A stretch of DNA of 29,371 bases. Origin: a virus. The stretch lies in IMG/VR virus record IMGVR_UViG_3300026522_000016; one strand, written 5' to 3'. The position numbers and the translations under genes are program-made. Position 1 is the first letter of the stretch. The number at the start of each line of letters is the position of its first letter. The notes beneath the pieces were generated by a model. That model did no database searches. It was not told the DNA's origin and saw only the letters and a program-made list of their open reading frames with translations. Positions 14,872 to 22,375 of the stretch are shown here, piece after piece.

Positions 14872-15186
14872 TTATCGTTTCTTTACTACCAAAAGCTCCT
14901 GAGTGACTTCTATTCTGGGAATTTCCATTGAATTAAATCTCAGCCAGATGTTGAAGCCATCTTCCGCAAGGCGCGGCGCCTTGCAGACAAGATCCTCTGC
15001 ATTGTTTTCCAAATACTCACCCGCATTCCTTACATCCTGAATCAAATCAGATATAGTATCTTCATATGTCTTTCTTTTGTCTTCTTCCATGATATTTTCC
15101 TCCTTGACAAGCTCAATTCCGCACTTTGTACAGAAATTCTCTATGCTCCTATATTCGCGTTTGCATGTCGGGCATATCTTCTTCAT
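14872..15186 (-). CDS. Zinc-ribbon protein of unknown function (moron-like insert in the head module)
   Basis: 104 aa with an N-terminal CPTC...x12...CTKC ribbon. The gene is visibly more AT-rich than its neighbours. Its start overlaps the upstream stop (ATGA). Confidence 0.6.
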   Translation of the reverse strand: MKKICPTCKREYRSIENFCTKCGIELVKEENIMEEDKRKTYEDTISDLIQDVRNAGEYLENNAEDLVCKAPRLAEDGFNIWLRFNSMEIPRIEVTQELLVVKKR

Positions 15187-15941
15187 TCCGGGTTCTCCTT
15201 TGCTATGTATTCTTCGTTCGATATATCGCTTTGCCGCTTCGCATACGCCGCCCGTTTCTGCGCCCGGATTTTATCGCCGTTCACCCTGTACTGCTCGCGC
15301 CGCATGGAATTGACCTTCTGCTTCCAGGTGCTTCCTTCCGCATTATCGTACTGCTCGCGCAGAGCATCCGGATCATATCCTTCCACGGTACTCTTTCCAT
15401 CGAAGCGGATCACAAATTCACAATCACAGCTACTGTGGATATGATCTGCATGATCGCCCTTCATGGTCTTCCTGGAAGCTCTTCTCCATCCATTGGATGC
15501 AATTGTCATACACATCGGACATGTCTCCGATCCGTGCGGCACCCATGCGAATTCCGCTCCGTCCCTGGCGGCGTTTCTCAGCATGGTGTCGGCTCCGGCC
15601 TGCTTCACCAGTGTCTCGACCGCTCCCGGAATCAGATTCTGCCCGCGTCCTTTCGCGTAAGTCACCGCCTTTGCCGTGTCTTTATAAGATGCTGTCGGAG
15701 CCGGTTCGGCCGCCGGAACCTTCGCACCCTGGGCCCGTGCAATTCCGTCATACATCTCCGCAGCAACCGCAGACGTTCCTTCTCCATATTTCGTCGCTAG
15801 CCCGTATGCATAATCGATTACAGCGTCCATGTCGGAAATTCCATGCTGCGCAATGTAGGCATCCATTTTTTTCCTCGCCGTCCCTTTCAGCGCAGATGTC
15901 AATTTGATGTATCGATCCCACTGTGCCTTACTGATTTTCAT
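15183..15941 (-). CDS. Head morphogenesis / minor capsid protein (Mu gpF / SPP1 gp7-like)
   Basis: 252 aa, immediately after the portal gene. The WVPHGSETCPMCMTIASNGW motif resembles the conserved Cys-containing core of this family. Confidence 0.7.
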   Translation of the reverse strand: MKISKAQWDRYIKLTSALKGTARKKMDAYIAQHGISDMDAVIDYAYGLATKYGEGTSAVAAEMYDGIARAQGAKVPAAEPAPTASYKDTAKAVTYAKGRGQNLIPGAVETLVKQAGADTMLRNAARDGAEFAWVPHGSETCPMCMTIASNGWRRASRKTMKGDHADHIHSSCDCEFVIRFDGKSTVEGYDPDALREQYDNAEGSTWKQKVNSMRREQYRVNGDKIRAQKRAAYAKRQSDISNEEYIAKENPE

Positions 15942-17371
15942 TCTTCACCCTCTTCAGGCTCCTTCGGCTCGATTTCCTCCGCCTGCTCCATCAGCCTCAG
16001 TCCTCTCGTCCTCTGCTCCTGCGCCTTGATTCTGCGCACATCCGCCTGGTCGAAGCCGACCATTTCCAGATATACGTCCGTCTGTGCAAAGTCGCTCCGT
16101 GCCGATGCGATCTTTGTTGCCGCGTCTGCGGTTGCCGCCACTGACGGCATGGCCGGATTCCTGAAGTGCGCGATCACGTCCCTTTCCTCCTCGGTCAGCT
16201 CTTCGATCGTCACGTCTCTGCTGATCGCCTGTGCCATCAGTGCGATTGTCTTCAGCGCTTCGCCGTTGCCGGCGTTCAGCTGCTCCGCCAGTGTCACCAG
16301 CGTCTGCGTCTGCGCGATTATCGCGTCCGAGCTGGTCGGGTTCGCGTCATTGATCACTCCGGTGTCCGTCACCGGCAGCCCCGTAGCAGCGGAAAACTGT
16401 GTGGCAAGGATCCGGATCATCTGAACATGCGGCTCGATGCTTCCTTGTGTAAGCTGTCCGAATGTCGGATTTTCCCCAGTCTCCGGATTCCTTGTTGCCG
16501 CGATGATGTTTCCGACATACTGCTTGAATTTCTGGCCTACAAGCGCGTTGCACTGCTCATCCGTCACTCCCATCAGATACTTTTGCGGAGCTGTCGCAAA
16601 TTCCAGCCCGATCGTCGCATTTGCAATTGTCCTCACATATCCCTGAATCAATCGTCTTATAGGCTCTTTTATTCTCGACCTTCCGAACGGCTTGCTGTTC
16701 GTGGCATTCCAGATCATTGGCTCCATCAGAGGTCTTCCCATTTTGTGCGGGAATCTGCTTGCGATCCATTCGCTCCCAATCCTCTTCAGTACCCATATAT
16801 CCGTGTCGGTGTATAGATTCACAAGCGACGGCTTCCACAGCTTGTCCGACTCATCTTTCTTTGTATCGATAATCGCCATTCCACAGTCAATCCGTCCCTT
16901 TTCTCCGGACCATAACCCTGCAGCCGTCTGCGGAGAATGAAATCTTATCTTGCATCCGGCCGCACCTCCTGCGGACAGTGTGGCGAATGTGCATCCGAAT
17001 TTCAGTTCATCCCGGCACGCTTTCATATACTCAAAGCGGAGGCGATTCGCTTCCATGATCCCGTTCATTGTGTCCGCAGTCTCACCTGTTTTTCCGACGT
17101 ATCCGTCGAACATGCTCCTGGCTGCAAGTACATCAACACATTTTCCGCCCCACTCGCATCCGATTTCCAGGCCTTTCATCCCTTCCGGAAGCGCGATCCC
17201 AAGGTTCACCGATCTCAGTGATATGTGACCTTCGTAAAATTCATTTTTTAATTCATTCTTGCTAAGGTGATAGTTGTACGCGCTGATCAGCTTTTCCAGC
17301 TTCTCCGCTGCGTCCTTATCAAGTCCTTTCACGCTTCCTGCATTGAGTTCAAACAAATTGCAATCCATCAA
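15938..17371 (-). CDS. Portal protein
   Basis: 477 aa, directly after terL (ATGA overlap) and before the gpF-like gene. Confidence 0.85.
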   Translation of the reverse strand: MMDCNLFELNAGSVKGLDKDAAEKLEKLISAYNYHLSKNELKNEFYEGHISLRSVNLGIALPEGMKGLEIGCEWGGKCVDVLAARSMFDGYVGKTGETADTMNGIMEANRLRFEYMKACRDELKFGCTFATLSAGGAAGCKIRFHSPQTAAGLWSGEKGRIDCGMAIIDTKKDESDKLWKPSLVNLYTDTDIWVLKRIGSEWIASRFPHKMGRPLMEPMIWNATNSKPFGRSRIKEPIRRLIQGYVRTIANATIGLEFATAPQKYLMGVTDEQCNALVGQKFKQYVGNIIAATRNPETGENPTFGQLTQGSIEPHVQMIRILATQFSAATGLPVTDTGVINDANPTSSDAIIAQTQTLVTLAEQLNAGNGEALKTIALMAQAISRDVTIEELTEEERDVIAHFRNPAMPSVAATADAATKIASARSDFAQTDVYLEMVGFDQADVRRIKAQEQRTRGLRLMEQAEEIEPKEPEEGEE

Positions 17372-18798
17372 ACGATCCTCATCTTTCTTTTCGGGTCTCT
17401 TTTACTATTTCTTGCTCCCCAGAGCGCGAGCGCTGCCGCTTCGATCGGCGTCGGGTCCGGTCCTCCGAATCCCCAGCCTCCTCCAATTCTCCGCTTTACC
17501 GCTGTTCTGGCGCTCTCGTCCATTGTTTCCTGTTTTCTGTACCATGTGACGCTGCCTTCGCTGATTTCCGTGACCAGCAGGCTTGCCGCTGCGATCACGG
17601 TATTTGATGATGCTCGCACAATTGACCCCTTCGCTTTCCATGTTCCTGAAATTCTGTCGATCAGCAGGTCAACATTGTTTTTTCCATCGATTACTACACA
17701 TGACGCCTGGTTGTATCTCGGATTCAGCCAGTCCGCCAGCCATGCGATCCCGTGCTCCGTGGTTTTTTTTATGATAAAAGATATGCGCGCCTGGCCTTCC
17801 TCCGGGCATACTGCTCCGCACAAGCTCACTTCTGAGCCGTCAGCGGAGAATTTCACACCATACGCCGTTTTCCCTTCCGGCTTCAGCGCATCCGATCCGC
17901 ATTTCTCCCATGCGTCAGCATTAATTGCCGTGTCTGTCTCCTTCTCCAGCTCCGGAGGCCACCATCCAAGGCGCTCCCGTGCGAATCCGTCTTTGGTCAT
18001 CGTCCTCATTTCCTCTTCAGTGAACTCTTCCGTAAGGTGAAATCCCAGCGATGGATTAGTCATCAGCCACAGCTTCCTGTCGGTGACGTCAATCTCATCG
18101 ATGCTTTTCGCTTTCACTTCCCACTGATGCCATGCATCATGTTCGCCCGGAGACTCGATGCAAATCTTCCGCCTCCTCCGGAATACGGTTCCCGGACATC
18201 CCGGATACGGCGGCGTTCCGGCATATATAATCTGCCTCGTTCCCGTTGATGATGCCGCAAGTACTGCCATGATCGCCTCCAGTTGGTCATCCGTCAGCTC
18301 CTGCGCTTCGTCGAATACGATCAGCGATATCCCGTCAAGACCTCTTGCGGACTGTCTCGATCTGGCAGAGAACTTGATCACGCCGCCGTTGTGCAGCTCA
18401 ATCGTTTCTTCTCCGTTTGCGTATCTGATCTGTTTTACTTCTTTCGCAACCTCCGGATGCCGTTTATCGGTGAACATCTGCGCCAGCCGCCAAAATGAAT
18501 TTTTTGCCGTCCTCACCTGATGCGCCGTGTGAAGGATTTTCTCTGCACGTATCAGCAGCCCGTAGAATTCTCTTGCCTCGATGCAGATGTTTTTTCCGTT
18601 CTGCCTTGGAGTCGCAAGCCCCGCAGACGTTGTTGTGTATCGTCCCTCTTCATCGATCCCGAGCCAGCAATCTGTCACTGTCTCCTGCCACGGGTCCAGT
18701 CGAGAACCATACTCGGCCATGAGCATTGCAGCATCCGGACCATACGATCCGGCTCTTTTCGGCTCAACGCAAAATGTCGGTTTCTGCGACCCCTTCAT
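17368..18798 (-). CDS. terL: Terminase large subunit (Terminase_1-like)
   Basis: Start chosen at 18798 (ATGA overlap with the terS stop). Walker A-like TPRQNGKN and Walker B LIVFDEAQE are present. Confidence 0.9.
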   Translation of the reverse strand: MKGSQKPTFCVEPKRAGSYGPDAAMLMAEYGSRLDPWQETVTDCWLGIDEEGRYTTTSAGLATPRQNGKNICIEAREFYGLLIRAEKILHTAHQVRTAKNSFWRLAQMFTDKRHPEVAKEVKQIRYANGEETIELHNGGVIKFSARSRQSARGLDGISLIVFDEAQELTDDQLEAIMAVLAASSTGTRQIIYAGTPPYPGCPGTVFRRRRKICIESPGEHDAWHQWEVKAKSIDEIDVTDRKLWLMTNPSLGFHLTEEFTEEEMRTMTKDGFARERLGWWPPELEKETDTAINADAWEKCGSDALKPEGKTAYGVKFSADGSEVSLCGAVCPEEGQARISFIIKKTTEHGIAWLADWLNPRYNQASCVVIDGKNNVDLLIDRISGTWKAKGSIVRASSNTVIAAASLLVTEISEGSVTWYRKQETMDESARTAVKRRIGGGWGFGGPDPTPIEAAALALWGARNSKRDPKRKMRIV

Positions 18799-19193
18799 GC
18801 TTTCTTCCTGTCCTTTTCCCTTACCAGCTCCAGGACGCTCTTCGTTCCCTGCTTCTCTTCTCCTTCGCTTCCTGCGGCTTCCGGAATCGCCGCGATGATC
18901 TTCGCCATTCCTGCCATGTAGGCCTGCCACAGCGCCTTATATCCCTTAAACAGCGGGTTCTCACGAGTTCCTTTCTGCCCGCCGCCGTTGTCGTACTCCA
19001 CGATGAGATTTCCCTCGCCGATTTCCTCTCTGGCGTCTTCAAGTTTTGCCCTCATCCACGCCACATTTTCGATCGTCGGCATCAGAATATCGATCTGACA
19101 TTTAGCCGATCCGGCCTCCTTCAACTGTCTTTTTATTCGGTTTTTTTCTCGATTTACGCGTTTTTTCAGGTCATTTTCCTGCATTTCCTTCAC
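18795..19193 (-). CDS. terS: Terminase small subunit, P27 family
   Basis: 132 aa. Its position between HNH and terL and the sequence pattern (ENPLFKGYKALWQAY) fit the P27 family. Confidence 0.75.
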   Translation of the reverse strand: MKEMQENDLKKRVNREKNRIKRQLKEAGSAKCQIDILMPTIENVAWMRAKLEDAREEIGEGNLIVEYDNGGGQKGTRENPLFKGYKALWQAYMAGMAKIIAAIPEAAGSEGEEKQGTKSVLELVREKDRKKA

Positions 19194-19335
19194 GTCCTGC
19201 TTTTAGGTTATACTTATATGATTTTTCCTATTCGCGCGCGAACCACCCCCCTGTCCGGTTTTTCTTCGGGGGTAAATCGGCGCTTGACGGCGCTTGGTCG
19301 CCGTCCGTCGCGGCGGGGGTCCCTCCCCCGGGTCT
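19194..19335. other. GC-rich structured non-coding gap between HNH and terS; candidate cos/packaging site
   Basis: 142 nt with no ORF. It contains the tandem repeat CGGCGCTTG x2 (19278-19297), hairpins CGGGGG/CCCCCG (19314-19330) and ACCCCC/GGGGGT (19245-19273), and C6/G5 runs. Confidence 0.4.
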
Positions 19336-19701
19336 TCACCAATTTCCGTCCGGAAGATTTATTTTTTTCACAGTTTCTGATGTTCCCTTTGCTCCTACAG
19401 CCTTGTCAGCCCATTGAATCCTGTTGCTTTTCGCTGCATTGCAGCAGTAATGAGCTGCCTGAAGGTTGCTCCAGTCCTGCGCAACCGCTTCCGGTGAATC
19501 ATATCCGAACTCCTGCCACCTGCTCACCGGAATAATTTCATCAATCACGAACGACAGCGGATGCTGTGCATCGCTCGGCTCGTCGTAGTGGATCGGTCCC
19601 AGGCGGCCGCGGCATATCCCGCACTCTCCTCCCCGGGCTCTCAATCTGGCCCGGTGTTTTCTCCGTAGGGTACCATTTTTGCTCCGGGGGTTTGTTGCCA
19701 T
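19336..19701 (-). CDS. HNH endonuclease (terminase-associated)
   Basis: CGIC...IDEIIP...NLQAAHYCCNAAK pattern. Start chosen at 19701 (AAGGA 7 nt upstream). Alternative starts at 19716 or 19806 would place a 13-bp perfect hairpin inside the coding sequence. Confidence 0.8.
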   Translation of the reverse strand: MATNPRSKNGTLRRKHRARLRARGGECGICRGRLGPIHYDEPSDAQHPLSFVIDEIIPVSRWQEFGYDSPEAVAQDWSNLQAAHYCCNAAKSNRIQWADKAVGAKGTSETVKKINLPDGNW

Positions 19702-19716
19702 TTTCTTTTCCTTCAT

Positions 19717-19756
19717 GCAAAAGCGAAGACGCCGTCTCTGACATCTTCGCTTTTGC
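19717..19756 (-). promoter_or_regulatory. Perfect 13-bp stem-loop between the late activator gene and the first late gene
   Basis: GCAAAAGCGAAGA (19717-19729) pairs with TCTTCGCTTTTGC (19744-19756), with a 14-nt loop. Confidence 0.5.
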
Positions 19757-19852
19757 TTGCTTATCATCTTATGGTTTGGAGAGTCAATGTCGCTTTCCTG
19801 CAACACTTCCTGTTACCATAATAACACGGAAATTTTTCCCTGTTGCCCAAAG

Positions 19853-20242
19853 TTAGTCCAGGATGTATATTTTTTTCGCCACTTCATAGATGAACCGGCT
19901 TTTGTGGTTACCGTATGTATTTCTACTTGCATCGTCCGGATACGGCTCTCCGCTCATGATGTTTCGCCACACTCCTCTGCGGTACTCCTCGGGAATCTCT
20001 TCCAGCGCCTCATCCACGATCTTAACCATGCGCACATACTTTTCCCTCCTGATCGCCGCGCTTTCCACCGTGTTTCCGATCGCCGTTCCCCTGGGCTGTC
20101 CGTCCGGCGGCTCCGGCGACGCCGTCAGTGCAGCCTCAGCCTCCTGCTTCATTCTGTAGTAATCCCGTATCTGATACAGCGTTGCCATATACAAATTACG
20201 CGGCAGAACGTATCTGCTCTCTTTTCTCTGGTATTCGCTCAA
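19853..20242 (-). CDS. Late-gene transcriptional activator, RinA/ArpU-like (sigma-70 region-4-like)
   Basis: 129 aa, just upstream of HNH/terminase. The IPEEYRRGVWRNIM...YPDDASRNTY...KSRFIYEVAKKI pattern is typical of this family. Confidence 0.6.
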   Translation of the reverse strand: MSEYQRKESRYVLPRNLYMATLYQIRDYYRMKQEAEAALTASPEPPDGQPRGTAIGNTVESAAIRREKYVRMVKIVDEALEEIPEEYRRGVWRNIMSGEPYPDDASRNTYGNHKSRFIYEVAKKIYILD

Positions 20243-21045
20243 AGCTCAATCTCCTCCTGCTCCTCAATCTCTGTCGCACGGTAATACTCTTTGGTGCTGA
20301 CCACCTTCCCTCGCGGCCATGTCTTATATTTCCTCGGCTTGCCCAGCGCCACCTCAACATACTCAAGATGTTCCAGGCCTGTGACCGGATGCTCGTATCG
20401 TCTGACTCTGTCTTTAGGAATATAATATCCGCTGATCGGCTCCGGCTCGTCCGTCATTTCCTTCAGCGTGGTTTCGTCTCTCTTTGTCTGCGGCATGATC
20501 AGATTGCGGCTGCGAGAATATCTCTGTTTATGCTGGCTGTCCGATTCCCGGAAAGTCTTTTCCGTTTCCTTGATCAGATACTCCGCCAGGTCATGAAAGT
20601 CACCTTCTTCCCGAAGCGCCGTAAAGTGTACGCCGCCTTTCCCCCACAGCCTGGTGACCAGCTCCACATCCTGCGAGTTCATCACAATGTGGTGATGGAT
20701 CCTCTTATTCTTGTACTCAGTAACAATGACATACTTCAGGTCCTTCCCTTGCCGCTTAAATTCTTTCCGCAGCTTCGCGATCATCTTCTTGCGATCCGCG
20801 GCCGCCTGATCTTTCTCCGGCTCTTCCCCTGCGTATGTCAAAGTGACGTGGCTCCCGGTCGAGTCAAAATTATTCGCAAGCAGCATCCACAGTCTCCAGA
20901 TTGCGATGCGCATGTTATTCTTTTTCACCGCTTCACTCGTGATCCCGGTGCGTGCTCTTCTTTTCTGTCTGTGATTTCCGGAAGGCACCACCACTCTCCG
21001 ATGGATGATCCGGCCGGCAACCGTCGTCTCTCTCACTACTCTCAT
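20239..21045 (-). CDS. HUH-superfamily rolling-circle replication initiator (Rep)-like protein
   Basis: Motifs occur in Rep order: HVTLTY (motif 1), RIHHHIVMN (HUH), AEYLIKE (YxxK catalytic Tyr). Confidence 0.55.
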   Translation of the reverse strand: MRVVRETTVAGRIIHRRVVVPSGNHRQKRRARTGITSEAVKKNNMRIAIWRLWMLLANNFDSTGSHVTLTYAGEEPEKDQAAADRKKMIAKLRKEFKRQGKDLKYVIVTEYKNKRIHHHIVMNSQDVELVTRLWGKGGVHFTALREEGDFHDLAEYLIKETEKTFRESDSQHKQRYSRSRNLIMPQTKRDETTLKEMTDEPEPISGYYIPKDRVRRYEHPVTGLEHLEYVEVALGKPRKYKTWPRGKVVSTKEYYRATEIEEQEEIEL

Positions 21046-21079
21046 TTTTCTCTATCGTTAATACTCTAATCAAGTCCCA

Positions 21080-21102
21080 ACCGCTTGCCATCGGCAAGCG
21101 GT
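21080..21102. other. Perfect 10-bp hairpin with a 3-nt loop, immediately upstream of rep; candidate nick site/origin, or a terminator
   Basis: ACCGCTTGCC-atc-GGCAAGCGGT in the 75-nt intergenic gap, with a (TA)n tract (21108-21118) adjacent. Confidence 0.4.
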
Positions 21103-21120
21103 ATTTCTATATATATAATG

Positions 21121-21345
21121 TTATTTTTCTTTCCATTCGCTCAGTGCGGCGATCATCTTCTCCAGCTCTTCCTGCGTCAGCCCGCACCGTTTCTTTGGAA
21201 CTCCGTCCGGATCGAAGGTCCTCAACTCGTACACCGGCTTCCGGTCAAACCACTTCACAAGGACAAGTCTTTTCGTATATCCCTGATCGTTTTCGCTCAG
21301 GATGCTCAGGGTTTTGATCACTTCATATTTCATCTCCGTCATCAT
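21121..21345 (-). CDS. PC4/YdbC-like ssDNA-binding protein
   Basis: Start chosen at 21345 (SD GAGGAGGAG). The 74-aa product (MMTEMKYEVIKTLSILSENDQGYTKRLVLVKWFDRKPVYELRTFDPDG...GLTQEELEKM) matches the YdbC/PC4 pattern. Confidence 0.55.
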   Translation of the reverse strand: MMTEMKYEVIKTLSILSENDQGYTKRLVLVKWFDRKPVYELRTFDPDGVPKKRCGLTQEELEKMIAALSEWKEK

Positions 21346-21661
21346 CCGGCTCCTCCTCGTACTCCACTTCCAGGCCGCACATCTCAGCCACGTCCAGCTC
21401 CAGGTCAGCGCCCGGGCTCTCTTCGTATCCTTTGAGCATGTATATCTTGTCCGCACTCTGGAGCATCGTCATGATACCTTCTCTCAAGCACTCTTCATAT
21501 GTCATATCTTTCGTGCAGATCCCAAGCGGATTGATCGGCACCTCTCTGCGCTCTTCGATCATCTTCTCTGCCGTCCGGAATCTTCTTTCCGCTTCTTCCC
21601 GCTCCATCCCACTGATCGGGCCGGAAATATATGTTACCTTTATTCTCCTCTTCATGCTCAT
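21323..21661 (-). CDS. DUF4406 protein (nucleoside 2-deoxyribosyltransferase-like fold)
   Basis: YISGPISGM...INPL...ADKIYMLKGYEESPGADLELDVAEMCGLEV matches the DUF4406 signature (GWe.S.GA..E...A). Confidence 0.6.
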   Translation of the reverse strand: MSMKRRIKVTYISGPISGMEREEAERRFRTAEKMIEERREVPINPLGICTKDMTYEECLREGIMTMLQSADKIYMLKGYEESPGADLELDVAEMCGLEVEYEEEPDDDGDEI

Positions 21662-21951
21662 ATGATAAGCTCTCCTTTTAATCTTCTCGTCTGTACTTCT
21701 CCGTATGATATCCCCAGCAGCTTTCCTGCTTCTGCTGCAAGATCGATGCCCTTCTTTTTCTTCTTCCTCATCATTTCATATACCTCGGCCACGGCATCCA
21801 GCTCCCGGCGGATCGGCTCCCGCAGTCTTTCGCTCTTTCCCGGCAGCATGTCCAGAGGGAAGGACCATGCTTCACCGCCTCTCCTGATGCAGATGATGTC
21901 TCCAAGGCATTCATACTCCGTGGCATCGTCGATCTTACTTTTATATTTCAT
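21658..21951 (-). CDS. Hypothetical protein (97 aa)
   Basis: Start chosen at 21951 (SD AGGAGGAG). 4-nt overlap with the next gene. Confidence 0.55.
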   Translation of the reverse strand: MKYKSKIDDATEYECLGDIICIRRGGEAWSFPLDMLPGKSERLREPIRRELDAVAEVYEMMRKKKKKGIDLAAEAGKLLGISYGEVQTRRLKGELII

Positions 21952-21961
21952 CGCGCTCCTC

Positions 21962-22366
21962 CTAATCAATGTTTTTGAAGTTGTACGGGACAATCATCTT
22001 CGGGTTATAGTTGATTGTGTACTGATACTTGCTAACTCCGGTGCCGTTAATGTCTTCGACGACGTACATGGTCGTCGCCTTGTTCAATCCCACAATGTGC
22101 TTTTTATATTTTCCTTTGCTCGTCTCCACGATAATGTACAGTTTGTCTCCGGATGTTTTGATTGACATCCGTCCGGTCATCTCAAACACCGGTTTGTTGG
22201 ATATCGTGTTGAGTACTGCTACGCGTCGTACCACGTTGAAGTTGTCGGCCTCTTTCGATACGTTCTCCGACACTCGATCCGCTTCATTGCATCCGACGGC
22301 GATCAGTGCGATTGCCATAATCGATGTAATCAGTAAAATCATTTTCCAAGCTTTCTTCGTTTTCAT
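21962..22366 (-). CDS. Lipoprotein; superinfection-exclusion candidate
   Basis: The signal peptide MKTKKAWKMILLITSIMAIALIAVGC ends in a lipobox Cys. The gene is more AT-rich than its neighbours and sits in the early region. Confidence 0.6.
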   Translation of the reverse strand: MKTKKAWKMILLITSIMAIALIAVGCNEADRVSENVSKEADNFNVVRRVAVLNTISNKPVFEMTGRMSIKTSGDKLYIIVETSKGKYKKHIVGLNKATTMYVVEDINGTGVSKYQYTINYNPKMIVPYNFKNID

Positions 22367-22375
22367 TTTTTCCTC

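Noticed and set aside
17368-18930. Long version of terL starting at Met 18930. The same applies to the upstream-extended versions of 12566-13117, 14310-14840, 2819-3427, 21121-21456, 21658-21993, 26647-27102, 25946-26377 and 27414-27623.
   Set aside because: The extensions are Arg/Gly-rich and overlap the preceding gene out of frame. Internal Met codons with strong SDs or ATGA stop/start overlaps give the expected protein N-termini.
22225-22232. A fifth GTCGTACC copy, inside the lipoprotein gene, as an additional integrase site
   Set aside because: It is a single isolated 8-mer, and about one chance occurrence is expected in 2 x 29 kb. It lacks the tandem 12-bp-spaced partner seen at the att-flanking sites.
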